NCBI GenBank assembly: GCA_020635205.1
Contig: JACKAE010000001.1
Location: 22,059-86,058, forward strand
DNA from: Ignavibacteria bacterium
GTDB taxonomy: Bacteria > Bacteroidota > Ignavibacteria > OLB7
DNA length: 64,000 bases
Reading direction: 5' to 3'
Shown: positions 1 to 10,535 of the stretch, piece after piece
Layout of the letters: each line of letters opens with the position of its first letter
Position numbering within the stretch: the stretch's first letter is position 1
The notes under the pieces: generated by a model
The model's database searches: none
What the model saw: only the letters and a program-made list of their open reading frames with translations
What the model was told of the DNA's origin: nothing
Translations under genes and position numbers: made by a program

Positions 1-254
1 TGGAGAAGATTAGAGGTCTCAACTATCACCTGCTGAGAGAACGACCAACGTTGAAGAAAGGTGACGTTCTGATCGTCGGAGTTCGTTCTCTCTTCCGCTC
101 TCTATAAGTATTCCGAAGTTCTGCCTTCTCTCTCTGTAATCTTAGTCCAGGGAGTTCTCGAAATCTTTACAGTTGTTTTTGTATTTTTATTTGGATTTAG
201 TCCAAGTAAGTAATATCATTGCGCCGAATACAGAGACAAATAGTTGATTTTTCT

Positions 255-1535
255 ATGAATAAGACGTTTTTGCTCTTTCCCCTTTGCCTTCTGCTGATGG
301 CTTCAGGATCTCTGCTGGCACAGACAGAACAAGAAGGTGAAGAAAATTCAAGCAGAGGGGGATTTGAGATTGAGGGATATGGGGAAGTGATTTACCAACA
401 CTACGACTATGGCCCAGACCGGAAGAGTGGAGAAAATGGTGCGCCGGATGATAGTCGATCTGTGGTTGATCTTCCCCGCGTGGTCTTCGAGATGAAGTAT
501 TTCTTCGACGATGACTTCTACATAACGTCAGAACTGGAGTTTGAGCATGGGGGGACTGGTTCCTCGATGGAGCTTGAATATGAAGAGTCGGGAGAGTACG
601 AGCAAGAGGTGGAGAAGGGAGGGGAAGTCTTCCTGGAAGAACTTCACCTCACGAAAAAATTCTCCGATGAGTTTTCGCTCAGGGCAGGAAGACTGATTCT
701 TCCCGTTGGTCTTACAAACAAAGAGCATGAGCCGGATGAATACTTTACCACCACACGTCCCGAAGGGGAGGTGGCAGTTGTGCCAGTGACTTGGAGCGAA
801 ATTGGAGTGCAAGGATTTGGATCGTTTGGAAATCTTGACTGGACGCTTCTGCTGGTGAACGGACTCGACGCAACCGGCTTCACGTCGGAGAACTGGATTG
901 TGGAGGGACATCAAACTCGGTTCGAGACTGTGCAGGCAACAAACATGGCAATTGCTGCTCGGCTCGACTATCATCTCTTCCCTTGGTTACGGTTGGGGGC
1001 TTCGTTCTATCGAGGGAACTCTACAGACAATCGACCGAAGAGTGATATGGAGGGAATTCCGGGTGTGGTAACGATTGCAGAGGGAGACTTGCTTTTGGAG
1101 CGAGGACCGTTGACTGTTCGAGGAGAGTTCCTTAACGGTAACCTGACAAACTCTCAAGAGATCAGCAGCAAGAACAGTCGCGTATCGAAAAACCTACAAG
1201 TTCCCAGAACACCAGTGGCGAGTGGCGCGCGCGCTTGGTCGGTGGAAGGGGGATATGATCTTTTCCCCCTGATGAACTCCTCATCTTCTCTGCGCCTTAT
1301 TCCATTTCTCCGCTACGAGTACTATAACTCGATGGAGGAGACGGCGGAGAATATCTACGCCGATCTACGGTTCAAGCGAACGATAATTACCGGGGGGATC
1401 AACTTCCACCCAACAAAAGGAGTCGTTCTGAAAGCGGACTTCTCCCACCGCAAACTCGGGCTTGAGCGCTACAACGACGAAAACACCATCAGTCTCGGGA
1501 TCGGCTACGTTGGGACATTTTTTGAACGGGAATAG
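255..1535 (+). CDS. Secreted/outer-membrane protein of unknown function, beta-rich. Upstream of and on the same strand as the imelysin cluster.
   Basis: ORF 219..1535 with an internal Met at 255 followed by a cleavable signal peptide 'MNKTFLLFPLCLLLMASGSLLAQ'. Acidic, beta-strand-rich composition. No recognisable catalytic motif. Confidence 0.5.
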   Translation: MNKTFLLFPLCLLLMASGSLLAQTEQEGEENSSRGGFEIEGYGEVIYQHYDYGPDRKSGENGAPDDSRSVVDLPRVVFEMKYFFDDDFYITSELEFEHGGTGSSMELEYEESGEYEQEVEKGGEVFLEELHLTKKFSDEFSLRAGRLILPVGLTNKEHEPDEYFTTTRPEGEVAVVPVTWSEIGVQGFGSFGNLDWTLLLVNGLDATGFTSENWIVEGHQTRFETVQATNMAIAARLDYHLFPWLRLGASFYRGNSTDNRPKSDMEGIPGVVTIAEGDLLLERGPLTVRGEFLNGNLTNSQEISSKNSRVSKNLQVPRTPVASGARAWSVEGGYDLFPLMNSSSSLRLIPFLRYEYYNSMEETAENIYADLRFKRTIITGGINFHPTKGVVLKADFSHRKLGLERYNDENTISLGIGYVGTFFERE

Positions 1536-1610
1536 GTGATCTGCGCAGGAGAATCTTTGCAAGCATTCAACAGAAATAGTACTTGATCGAATTAACAATA
1601 AAAACTGACC

Positions 1611-2669
1611 ATGACTCTACAACGACTTCTTTCCACACTTGCTTTGCTCGCACTCGTTTTCGGACTTACCTCTTGCTCGGAAGATTCTCCGACGGGGGGA
1701 CAGGAGACCGAGTACGAAGTCTACCTGAATGACTTTAGCTTCAAAGTAGTGGTGGCAACTTACAACGACATGCGGCAAAAGGGGGAAGTGCTCGATCAGG
1801 CTGTGGAATCTTTTGCGGCTGACCCTTCCAACCAATCGAAACTTGACGCTGCCTGCGCAGCCTGGCGTGGGATGCGTGAACCGTGGGAGGCGGGGGAAGC
1901 CTTCCTCTTCGGGCCAGCCGAGTTCCTCTCACTTGATCCTTCCATCGACAGTTGGCCAGTCGACCGACAGCAGCTTCAAGATGTGCTCGACAGCGAGTTC
2001 GACCTGACGCCGGAGTTTATTGCTGAGGGGTTGGGACCAGCACTTCGAGGATTTCACACCGTAGAGTTCCTCCTGTTCGACAACGGTTCTCCTCGCAACG
2101 TCTCCACATACACTGAACGCGAGCGTGAATACCTTGTGGCTGTGGTACAAGTTCTGGCCGACGACGCGGCACGACTTGCCGCGGCCTGGGAAGATGGGTT
2201 CGCCCAAGAGTTTGCCAATGCCGGTAAATCTGGCAGTCGTTACCGGAATCAGACAGACGCTGTTGTAGAGATCATCGAGGGGATGAGTGGTATCTGCGAT
2301 GAAGTAGCAAACGGAAAAATCGCTGATCCGTTCGACGAGGTGGATACCCGTCTCGTTGAGTCACAGTTCAGTTGGAACTCTCTCGATGACTTCACCAACA
2401 ACATCCGCAGCGTCCAGAACGCATATACCGGTGGGTATCACAATGGCGACGATGGAAAGGGGATTGACGAATTGGTGGCAGAGAAAGATGCCGCACTTGA
2501 TGCACGGCTAAAGAGTGAGATTGAGGCGGCGATAGCAGCTATCGGCCAAATCCCAGCACCTTTCCGCGATAACCTGACAGCAACTGCACAGATCGAAGCG
2601 GCGCAGGCTGCCGTGTTGAAAGTCTTCAACACCATTGAAAACGATGTGAAGCCGTTGTTTGTGAATTAA
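1611..2669 (+). CDS. Imelysin-family (peptidase M75 / IrpA-like) periplasmic lipoprotein.
   Basis: Lipoprotein signal 'LALVFGLTSCSE'. Imelysin-type motifs 'GFHTVEFLLFD' and 'GMREPWEAGEAFLFGP' (HxxE/GxxxE cores). Sits immediately upstream of a DUF1111 di-haem gene, the pairing conserved in iron-uptake clusters. Confidence 0.7.
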   Translation: MTLQRLLSTLALLALVFGLTSCSEDSPTGGQETEYEVYLNDFSFKVVVATYNDMRQKGEVLDQAVESFAADPSNQSKLDAACAAWRGMREPWEAGEAFLFGPAEFLSLDPSIDSWPVDRQQLQDVLDSEFDLTPEFIAEGLGPALRGFHTVEFLLFDNGSPRNVSTYTEREREYLVAVVQVLADDAARLAAAWEDGFAQEFANAGKSGSRYRNQTDAVVEIIEGMSGICDEVANGKIADPFDEVDTRLVESQFSWNSLDDFTNNIRSVQNAYTGGYHNGDDGKGIDELVAEKDAALDARLKSEIEAAIAAIGQIPAPFRDNLTATAQIEAAQAAVLKVFNTIENDVKPLFVN

Positions 2670-2714
2670 GCGTATAATTTTGCCGAATTGATTGAGCTAT
2701 GCGTGGTGACCTCC

Positions 2715-2840
2715 ACTCATCGTAACCCCCGACTTCGAGTCGGGGGACGTGAAGCCAAAGGTGGGAGAAAACGGCTTGAAGCCGTTTTCCTTCTCGTGAT
2801 GTTCCTGAACATCCCGATGAATCGGGGTGTTAATCAGAGG
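2715..2840. repeat. MITE-like dispersed repeat, family copy A. Three hairpins: GACTTCGAGTC, AACGGCTTGAAGCCGTT and CCCGATGAATCGGGG.
   Basis: Shares the three-hairpin organisation and long identical stretches with copies at 16990-17110, 17213-17340 and 43505-43655. Confidence 0.75.
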
Positions 2841-2938
2841 TCGGGTTACCTCAATAGTTATGCAAACTTTATAAGCTATCAGAATGTAGATAGCAGACTT
2901 GATAGGAATCACTGAATAGAGATCAAGAGAAAAGAGAG

Positions 2939-4339
2939 GTGAAGAGATCGATGGTAGGAATTATCTGTCGCTATAGTTACGCCGTAATTCTCCTCGTGGG
3001 GGCAGTTGTACTGAGTAGTTGTGGAGATGGACTGTCGGAACCGGATGGGGGAAATTTTATCCTCTCCGGCGGGGCAACCACTATCCTCAACGCGAATAGC
3101 AACGCATTCTCGACACCTGCTCCAAATCTCTCGGGAAGTCAACTGGATCTGCACGCGAAAGGGGATGCGGAGTTCGAGTCGAAATTTGTCGCTGCTCCGG
3201 CAGAAGTCTACGGTGGCCTGGGGCCGGTCTTCAACAGTAACTCTTGTGTCTCCTGTCACGTTCGGGATGGTCGTGGTCGTCCTCCATTTGTTGGGGAGGA
3301 GGCAAGCCAAATGTTGATGCGTATTAGTCTGCCGGGAAGCGATCCCATTACCGGCGAACCTCTTCCAGTCCCCGGCTACGGAACGCAGTTGTTCGACAAG
3401 TCGATTTTTGGGAAACGTCCACAGGGAAAGTTTCGAGTCGACTGGGCTGAAATCTCTGGAACGTATGGTGACGGAACTTCCTACACTCTCCGGAAGCCTC
3501 TCTACGCAATTACCGATGCCTATCGCCCTATGCCGTCGAATATGCTCTATTCTCCCCGAGTTGCGCCACCAGTTTTCGGCGGTGGACTTCTGGAGGCGAT
3601 TCCAGAATCTGCTATTCTGGCTAACGCCGATCCGAGTGATGCTAACGGAGATGGGATTTCGGGGAAGGCCAACTATGTTTGGAATGTAGAGCAGAGTTCA
3701 AAATCTGTTGGACGCTTCGGGTGGAAGGCGAACACGCCAACCTTACTCCAGCAGACAGCTGCAGCCTACAGAAATGATATGGGGATTACCAGTCCATATT
3801 TCCCAGTGGAAAGCGCATTCGGTTCAGAGCAGGATGATGGGCACGGGGACGACCCGGAGATTTCGATGAAGACGTTGGAGGCCGTGACGTTCTACGTGCA
3901 GACATTGGCGGTTCCGGCTCGGCGGAATGTGCGGGATGAGACCGTCCGGCGAGGTGAAGTTCTCTTCGCCAATCTCGGCTGCGCCTCTTGTCACGTACCG
4001 TCGTTTCAGACCGGAGTGCTCACCAACGTTCCCGAGGTTTCTAACCAGCGCATCTATCCCTACACCGACTTGCTTCTGCACGACGTTGGTGAGGAGCTTG
4101 CCGACAGACGCCCTGACTTCGATGCCGACGGTAGAGAGTGGCGCACGCCACCACTTTGGGGAATCGGTCTGACATCGATTGTCAACGGGCACACATTCTT
4201 TCTGCACGACGGACGTGCCCGCTCCCTTGCCGAGGCTATCCTCTGGCATGGGGGAGAAGCCGAGGCTGCCCGAGAAGGCTTCCGAACAATAGCCAAAGAA
4301 GATCGTGAAGCGTTGATTACGTTCTTAGAATCGCTCTGA
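2939..4339 (+). CDS. DUF1111-family di-haem c-type cytochrome (putative peroxidase/thiol oxidoreductase) lipoprotein.
   Basis: Lipoprotein signal 'VLSSCGDG'. Two CxxCH haem-binding motifs ('NSCVSCHVRDGRG' and 'LGCASCHVP'). Size and position after imelysin match the imelysin/DUF1111 iron-acquisition clusters. Confidence 0.7.
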   Translation: MKRSMVGIICRYSYAVILLVGAVVLSSCGDGLSEPDGGNFILSGGATTILNANSNAFSTPAPNLSGSQLDLHAKGDAEFESKFVAAPAEVYGGLGPVFNSNSCVSCHVRDGRGRPPFVGEEASQMLMRISLPGSDPITGEPLPVPGYGTQLFDKSIFGKRPQGKFRVDWAEISGTYGDGTSYTLRKPLYAITDAYRPMPSNMLYSPRVAPPVFGGGLLEAIPESAILANADPSDANGDGISGKANYVWNVEQSSKSVGRFGWKANTPTLLQQTAAAYRNDMGITSPYFPVESAFGSEQDDGHGDDPEISMKTLEAVTFYVQTLAVPARRNVRDETVRRGEVLFANLGCASCHVPSFQTGVLTNVPEVSNQRIYPYTDLLLHDVGEELADRRPDFDADGREWRTPPLWGIGLTSIVNGHTFFLHDGRARSLAEAILWHGGEAEAAREGFRTIAKEDREALITFLESL

Positions 4340-4714
4340 GTGTGGGAGGGCTGTAGGTTATCAGGAGGTGATATCTATAGATCGTGCTTTGCCTTTCTTT
4401 CTCCTGCATTCCATAGCTGCGCTGTAACATTCGCCCAAAACATGAATCTTGTAGGACGACATTTTTTTGCTTCTGAAGAAATGAGAAAAAGAGTAGGTCT
4501 GTTTGTCTACTTCTTATAAGGTAGAGCATATCAACGTAAAAAGAAGCCTTCGTGCCTGTATGGCAGGGTGCAGAAAGTGGGAAAAAAGAGCTTTTTACGA
4601 GCACTCCTCATTTTGTCCTTTGAATAGAACGTTGTCCTGAGTACTATTACTCTTGTCATCTTGTAAATTGTTTAAAAGTCGTATTGCATCAACCACAAGA
4701 ACGTTTGGTGTCCT

Positions 4715-6361
4715 ATGGCACAGAATATCCATTCTTTACTTCTTCTGGTCTCCTCCCTTCTGCTTTGCAGTACTGTTGCTGTTGTAGGGCAACACAGTGT
4801 TGATGATAATGGACTTCTATTTTTTCCCCCCAAGTTGACTGGTTCGTTCGCAGACCAAACAGGGGCAGGGGGCATTGGGCAATCAGTGCTTCGGCTTAAC
4901 GTTGGGCAACTGGAAATCCACAGAACGCTCCCCTTCTTTCCCGTTGTCTTCTTCGACGGCCCCGGGTCAACTACAATCCCTTTGCGCTATCGACTACCCT
5001 CTGTGAATAGTTCTCTCAGCCAGGCGAGAGCTTCCGAGATTATTCACCTCAACCCAGATGAGAGCGTGATTGAGGTCTACCGCGAGATATTGAACGTGAT
5101 CGGCTATCGGATGAGAAATTCCGATGAACATCTCTACTTAACTGGATGCTATACTACCGACCTTGAAGAGGGAGAGCAGACGGGGTGGGAACGAGCTAAG
5201 AGTATTCGGGCGTATCTCACAACGGTATGGAATGTGCCGGCAGACCAGATTACACTCCGCGAGCCTCGCTTGTTGGGGGAGTTAACCGACCCCGAAGAGA
5301 TGCGCAGGGAAGGGAGAGCTGTCTGGATGGAGTTTGAGCATGGGACAATCGTTTCACCATTTATCTATGCCGTCACGCTAAACCCATCTTTCTCTATCCC
5401 GATAGAACTTCAGTTGCGACCTAATATGAAGGGGGAAGAGATTGCCTCGTTCGAAATTCATGCCTGGCTCGATGGTCGTTTAGTTAGCACGGATCGCATT
5501 CTCAAGAGAAGAGATGACTCAATCTATACATTTCAAGGAGCCTGGGATATTTCTCCATCCTCTTGTAAAGCGTTCCCCTCTCAGTTTGAAGTGCGGGTTG
5601 ATGTCATCAGTCTGAGTGGAGAGCGGAGAACGTCGGAGCTTCTCTTGGTGCAGTTGGCAGCCGATAAGAATCGATTAATCGAGAGAGCATCACACCACTA
5701 CTACGCCTTGTGGGATATAATGCCACGCTCCATCTACCATATGCGCGATACAGAACTACAACTCACCGATATGCTCGACGCATCACTTCAGATGAGCTCG
5801 CGCGGAAGGTTGCACTTGTACGTCGGCGTTCCAAAGCAGACCGAGGGTAACTCCGACCAAGATGGGGGGGAAGGATTGATGGATCATGCGTTTGCCTGTG
5901 GAGGGAGTGAAGAGGTCAACTCGGTAATTGGAGAGATTGTTGGAAATTCTGCTTCTGTCGATACCGATAAAGTCAGCCAGGATGATGATTCTTTCTTGTG
6001 TGGACCTATCGTTTGGGAGACTGGAAGTACGACTGTTAGCACTGACGAGTTAATGATTACTGCCGAGAAGTATCAACCACGCGAAGCGATTGAAGAGCTT
6101 CTCCGTCAAGATCAAGAGAGCCGGCCAGTTATCGTTGCTAAGGTCGAGAAAGATGATCTCAGCATGAAGAGTGGGATGGGAATAGTGCGGCATGTCCTTA
6201 AATACTTGCAAAAGATGAGAGAGAAGGAGGTTTACGGGATGATCAACTCCAGATCACTTGCTACCGTGGCGATTAATGCGATAGCTCCCCTCAACTTCTT
6301 TGTTCCGTCAACGCCGGAGGAGGAGTGTTATAACCGATCCATTCAGGTTGTGATTCATTGA
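4715..6361 (+). CDS. Secreted hypothetical protein, 548 aa. Third member of the imelysin/DUF1111 cluster.
   Basis: Long ORF with N-terminal signal peptide 'MAQNIHSLLLLVSSLLLCSTVAVVGQ'. Same strand and short spacing after the di-haem gene. No motif I can name. Confidence 0.5.
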   Translation: MAQNIHSLLLLVSSLLLCSTVAVVGQHSVDDNGLLFFPPKLTGSFADQTGAGGIGQSVLRLNVGQLEIHRTLPFFPVVFFDGPGSTTIPLRYRLPSVNSSLSQARASEIIHLNPDESVIEVYREILNVIGYRMRNSDEHLYLTGCYTTDLEEGEQTGWERAKSIRAYLTTVWNVPADQITLREPRLLGELTDPEEMRREGRAVWMEFEHGTIVSPFIYAVTLNPSFSIPIELQLRPNMKGEEIASFEIHAWLDGRLVSTDRILKRRDDSIYTFQGAWDISPSSCKAFPSQFEVRVDVISLSGERRTSELLLVQLAADKNRLIERASHHYYALWDIMPRSIYHMRDTELQLTDMLDASLQMSSRGRLHLYVGVPKQTEGNSDQDGGEGLMDHAFACGGSEEVNSVIGEIVGNSASVDTDKVSQDDDSFLCGPIVWETGSTTVSTDELMITAEKYQPREAIEELLRQDQESRPVIVAKVEKDDLSMKSGMGIVRHVLKYLQKMREKEVYGMINSRSLATVAINAIAPLNFFVPSTPEEECYNRSIQVVIH

Positions 6362-6466
6362 TTCCCATCCGTACATGTGCTGTGATAGTAAAGGAATTGA
6401 TTGTTGTTTTCACCCTCGATACCTTTCCATCCACCTCTTCCGAGATTACCCAATACGCGCTCTGCG

Positions 6467-7032
6467 ATGCTCTTCCTATCGTTGGTTCTTCTTGCCAATC
6501 AATCTTTTGTCCAGACTGAAGATTCCACTGCCGTGACATCGGCAGACGCCTTCTTCTCGCCACAGTTTCGAGCATTTCAGTTCGACGTAGCAAATTTGTG
6601 CTATACGCGGACGCAGAAATCAATCTCGACTTCGATTTGTTTCACCCAATCTCGAGCACGTGGATTGGATTGCGTGCAGGGATGGTAAATACCGGAGAGG
6701 ATGTCTGCCAAGACCTGTTGGGGGCATATCCCACAGGCTGTAAGAAGGGAGGACAGCAACAGTATCACCATTGGGACTTACTCGGATATGGGGCTATCTA
6801 CACAACGGGACGCTATCCAATTCGCTTCTCACTTCTCGGAGGGATCAGTAATGCTACGACAAACCTCAAGATCTCCGATTCTACCTTGCGGGTAAAGTTA
6901 GGGGGAGAAATGCAGGTTCGTTTGACGGGGGCAATGGCTATCGGTCTCGGTTTCTATAGCCTGCTTGGGTATCAGGAGGGAATGACTGACTATCTACCGT
7001 TGAAGCTCAATATCGGGTACGCCCGGTGGTGA
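6467..7032 (+). pseudogene. Small outer-membrane beta-barrel protein (OmpW/OmpA-like barrel), apparently frameshifted.
   Basis: Signal peptide 'MLFLSLVLLANQSFVQ' is in the ORF 6401..6688 (frame 2). A beta-barrel-like body ending in aromatic 'GYARW' is in ORF 6598..7032 (frame 1). The two frames overlap 6598-6688, implying one frameshift. Confidence 0.3.
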
Positions 7033-7086
7033 AATTCACAATATGGTTTGTACCATAGCGTTATAGGGGCTACCTTTGTCTAAGCA

Positions 7087-7479
7087 ATGCCACGCAAACT
7101 TATCATACTGACAACCCTTCTCGGTCTGCTGATCGGTACTATCGGTCTGCCGACAAATATCCACGCCTGCAACATGGCGAAGGAAGAGAAGGCCGCAAAG
7201 AGTTGTGGTATGTGCGATCCGTCGCACGAGCAGGAGAGTAGTGAAGGGAACGGTTGCTGCCACAACAGAATCGAGCTTCAGCATACTGACCAGGCCTCCT
7301 TAAGTAAGGTAAACGTGGAGATTGCTCCACCAACTCTCGGCCAACTTCTTGTGTGGACACTCTTTTTGAGTGAGCCACTTCTCAACGGAGAGAAGACCAT
7401 CTCGGCACAAGCACATCCCCCTCCTCTCGAAAAACAAAGACCGCCGATCTATCTCGTTAACTCCTCATTTCTGATCTGA
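7087..7479 (+). CDS. Small secreted Cys/His-rich protein, putative metal-binding. Leads the cus-like operon.
   Basis: Signal peptide 'MPRKLIILTTLLGLLIGTIGLPTNIHA' followed by 'CNMAKEEKAAKSCGMCDPSHEQESSEGNGCCHNRIELQH'. Lies directly upstream of the TolC-like/CusB/CusA genes. Confidence 0.45.
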   Translation: MPRKLIILTTLLGLLIGTIGLPTNIHACNMAKEEKAAKSCGMCDPSHEQESSEGNGCCHNRIELQHTDQASLSKVNVEIAPPTLGQLLVWTLFLSEPLLNGEKTISAQAHPPPLEKQRPPIYLVNSSFLI

Positions 7480-7742
7480 AAACCTCTCTTGCCGACCAAC
7501 AGACTTGGCAACGTGGATAGCTCCTGCTCTCTACTCTGCTAAGCCGAATCTTATTCTCTACCACAACATTTTCTGGAACTCCCTGGAGGCTTTGCTCGCT
7601 GTAGCGAGTGCTCTCGGATACTCTTCTCAAGTGGATCGATCAACTGCACTGGAGAAGTGGCAAGGTTGATGGAGGGAATGATCTGACCAACGTAATAGCT
7701 ACTGTTCACAACTGTTTTGCACTGAATTAATCTCTTAAAGAA

Positions 7743-9044
7743 ATGGGGCGAAGAGTTCTCCTCGTATTTGTTCTGCATCTCTGCACGATACCGTGGCAGG
7801 TTGCCGCGCAGTCGATTGATTCTCTCGTGTCGATGGCGGTGAGGACCGATCCCGGTTTTCGGCAGATCGGGTATGCCGAGGAGCGAGCTGAGGCTCGTGC
7901 CCTCTCAGCCGGTGCGTGGGAAGCTCCCAAAGCCGGAGTGCAGTTCCAGATGCTCTCTCCACTCAATCCGAACCCAGTGACGAAAGGGGAGACAATGTTT
8001 ATGGTGGAACAGATGATCCCTCTCGGTGGACAGAAGCGGACAATGGCTGAAGCAGAGCGGAGCATGGCAATTCTCGCCGAACCAGAGCGGATGGCGTTGA
8101 AGCGACGATTGCGGGGGGAGATCGAAGAGGAGTATTACACAATCTGGGAACTCGACAGGGAACGAGAATTAAACAGAGAGAATCGCTCCCTTGCCGAAGT
8201 CCTTTACGAAGATGTGGAGAGCAAATATGCCGTTAACCGGGCAACTCAGTCAGAGTTATATGCTCTATCTATCGAGATCGAACAGCTTGATGCAGAGCTA
8301 AAAGTTCTGGTGCAGAAGCGAGTAGAAAGCAGCCGGAGGTTGAACGCAATTGTCGGTAGAAGTCTCGATGACTCAGTGATTATTGTCGATGAACCGAGTG
8401 CCCCACTACTTCCACCATTCAGTCAACTTGTGGACAGTCTCGCGGGCCACCCCGACCTGCTCCGAATGGAACGAATGGCGCAGGTACAGAGGAAGATGGC
8501 CGATGCTGCCCGAAGCGATCTGAAGCCGATGCTCATGCTGCGCGGAGGAATTTCTTGGATGCCGGAAGGGCATCCAGTGAGAACACGGGCGTTGGGGGAA
8601 ATGGTAAACGAGTTCCACAGTTCCGGCACTACGCATGGTGAACAGGTTGCCATTTCAGTTGGCGGGATGCTCTCCTTCCCTCTCTTCTCTTGGTCGCGTT
8701 CAGGTCCGGAAGGGAAGGCTGAAGATGCAGAGTTGGCGGCAGAACAGTCGCTTGCCGAGCGAGAGAGGATGTTGCGAGAAATGACCGCGATGTTGAGCAA
8801 GCCGTACGGGATGATTGAGCGAGGACAAACGATGATTGACTTCTATAAAGATCGGCAGATACCCCTTCTGGAACAGCAGCTTGAAGGGTTGCGTGCCGAC
8901 TATATCGGTAACCGCGTCGGCTTCGATCAATTACTGCAGGTCTACAAAATGCTTGTGATGAGCAGAGAGGATATCCTGATGAGAGAGGGGGAAATGGCAC
9001 GAGCTTGGGGAGAAATTCGAGCACTTACGGGGAATTCAAAGTGA
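7743..9044 (+). CDS. TolC-family outer-membrane efflux protein (CusC/CzcC-like outer-membrane factor).
   Basis: 433 aa with a signal peptide, a coiled-coil-rich sequence and paired-repeat architecture typical of outer-membrane factor proteins. Immediately precedes the adaptor and RND pump. Confidence 0.7.
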   Translation: MGRRVLLVFVLHLCTIPWQVAAQSIDSLVSMAVRTDPGFRQIGYAEERAEARALSAGAWEAPKAGVQFQMLSPLNPNPVTKGETMFMVEQMIPLGGQKRTMAEAERSMAILAEPERMALKRRLRGEIEEEYYTIWELDRERELNRENRSLAEVLYEDVESKYAVNRATQSELYALSIEIEQLDAELKVLVQKRVESSRRLNAIVGRSLDDSVIIVDEPSAPLLPPFSQLVDSLAGHPDLLRMERMAQVQRKMADAARSDLKPMLMLRGGISWMPEGHPVRTRALGEMVNEFHSSGTTHGEQVAISVGGMLSFPLFSWSRSGPEGKAEDAELAAEQSLAERERMLREMTAMLSKPYGMIERGQTMIDFYKDRQIPLLEQQLEGLRADYIGNRVGFDQLLQVYKMLVMSREDILMREGEMARAWGEIRALTGNSK

Positions 9045-9064
9045 ACAATTCAAAATTCAAAAAT

Positions 9065-10357
9065 ATGAGTGAGCGTGGGGGGCGCGTTGCCTTGATTGTG
9101 GTGGCGGGGATGCTGCTCGTAGTTGGGGGTATAGCTGCCGGATATTTTTTGCTCCCCAACTTTGTTGGAATGGCAGGGCACAACCACGCAGATGAGATGA
9201 TCTACTTCTGCCCAATGCACCCACAGGTGCGGCAGAACGAGCCAGGTATCTGCCCGATCTGCCACATGGACCTTGTGCCGGAGAACAACCCTGACGGAAT
9301 GAGTGAGCAGATGGAAGAGGGAGAAAACCTCGTTCACATCACTCCTCGACAACGTCTGATTGCCGATGTCGCTACGGTAGAAATAGAGTCCCGCCAGCTT
9401 CAGTTAGATATAACTGCACCAGCTACAGTGGGGGTAAATGAGGAGACTCAAAAGGTGGTGACCGCTTGGTTCCCCGGAAGGATCGAGGAACTCTACGTTC
9501 AGAAGACCGGGGACTACGTTCGGAAGGGGAGTCCGCTGGCGTTGATCTACAGTCCTGAACTTGTCACGGCGCAGAAGGAATACCTGTTGGCTCTCGACGC
9601 GCAGGAGCGGCAACTTCTTCCAACTATCGAGCGGAGAGGGGAACGCTCTGCTCCGAATGAGGGGGAGAATAGGTTGGTGGCAGCATCAGAGGAGCGGCTG
9701 AAACTTCTTGGCATGACCGACGGACAGATTCAGGCGTTGCGTGAGAGAGGAGAGATTACTCGAACCACCACGATCTTCTCCACAGCCTCCGGCATCGTCA
9801 CCCGCCGGAGTGTGGTGGAGGGAGCCTACGTAAACGAGGGAACCACACTCATCGAAGTTGTCGACCTCTCTTCGGTCTGGGTGATTGCCAACATCTCCGA
9901 AAGTCAGGTAAGTCTTATCCGACCCGGGATGAACATGTCAGTCACGGGACTCTCATTAAACGGGAAGGTGATGAATGGTCGTGTTGAGTATATCTACCCG
10001 ATGGTAGACCCCGAGTCGCGCACTATCCAGGTGCGAGCTGTTTTCGCGAATCCTCAGCTTCAACTAAAGCCGGGAACGTATCTAACCGCTTCGCTTGTTC
10101 ACTCTGCCACCGATGCCTTAGCTGTGCCGGTTGGTGCGGTAATTCGTACTGGAGAGCGGGACCTTATTTACGTTGAATCGGGAGAACACACGTTTGAAGC
10201 TCGCGAAGTCACCCTCGGGATGAAGGCGAATGGATACTATCAGATCGTTGCCGGAGATATTAACCGTGGTGACAGGGTAGTTGCCGAGGGGGGATATTTG
10301 CTTGACTCAGAGCGAGAGTTGAGTGGTGGAGCATCAGGTGGAGAGCACCAACACTGA
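9065..10357 (+). CDS. cusB: Efflux RND periplasmic adaptor (CusB-like) with an N-terminal heavy-metal-binding domain.
   Basis: N-terminal TM/signal 'RVALIVVAGMLLVVGG'. Metal-binding motif 'YFCPMHPQVRQNEPGICPICHMDL' (CxxH...CPICxM). HlyD/membrane-fusion-protein-like body. Confidence 0.75.
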   Translation: MSERGGRVALIVVAGMLLVVGGIAAGYFLLPNFVGMAGHNHADEMIYFCPMHPQVRQNEPGICPICHMDLVPENNPDGMSEQMEEGENLVHITPRQRLIADVATVEIESRQLQLDITAPATVGVNEETQKVVTAWFPGRIEELYVQKTGDYVRKGSPLALIYSPELVTAQKEYLLALDAQERQLLPTIERRGERSAPNEGENRLVAASEERLKLLGMTDGQIQALRERGEITRTTTIFSTASGIVTRRSVVEGAYVNEGTTLIEVVDLSSVWVIANISESQVSLIRPGMNMSVTGLSLNGKVMNGRVEYIYPMVDPESRTIQVRAVFANPQLQLKPGTYLTASLVHSATDALAVPVGAVIRTGERDLIYVESGEHTFEAREVTLGMKANGYYQIVAGDINRGDRVVAEGGYLLDSERELSGGASGGEHQH

Positions 10358-10535
10358 GCAGAAAGCAGCTAACAGAAGAGTTTGAAAGAGGTGCAAGCCG
10401 GTACTCTCATCCTCTCTGTCTCCAATTCAATGCAAATATAAAGGCGATAATTACACAACAATCAGAAGGTCAAAACTGAGCGCAGATAACTATCCACAGA
10501 CTGCTATCTGCTAACTACTACCTACTATCTCTCAA

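Noticed and set aside
528-974. Minus-strand ORFs 528..974 and 644..883 inside the first gene.
   Set aside because: Antisense to a longer ORF that carries a signal peptide. No supporting features.
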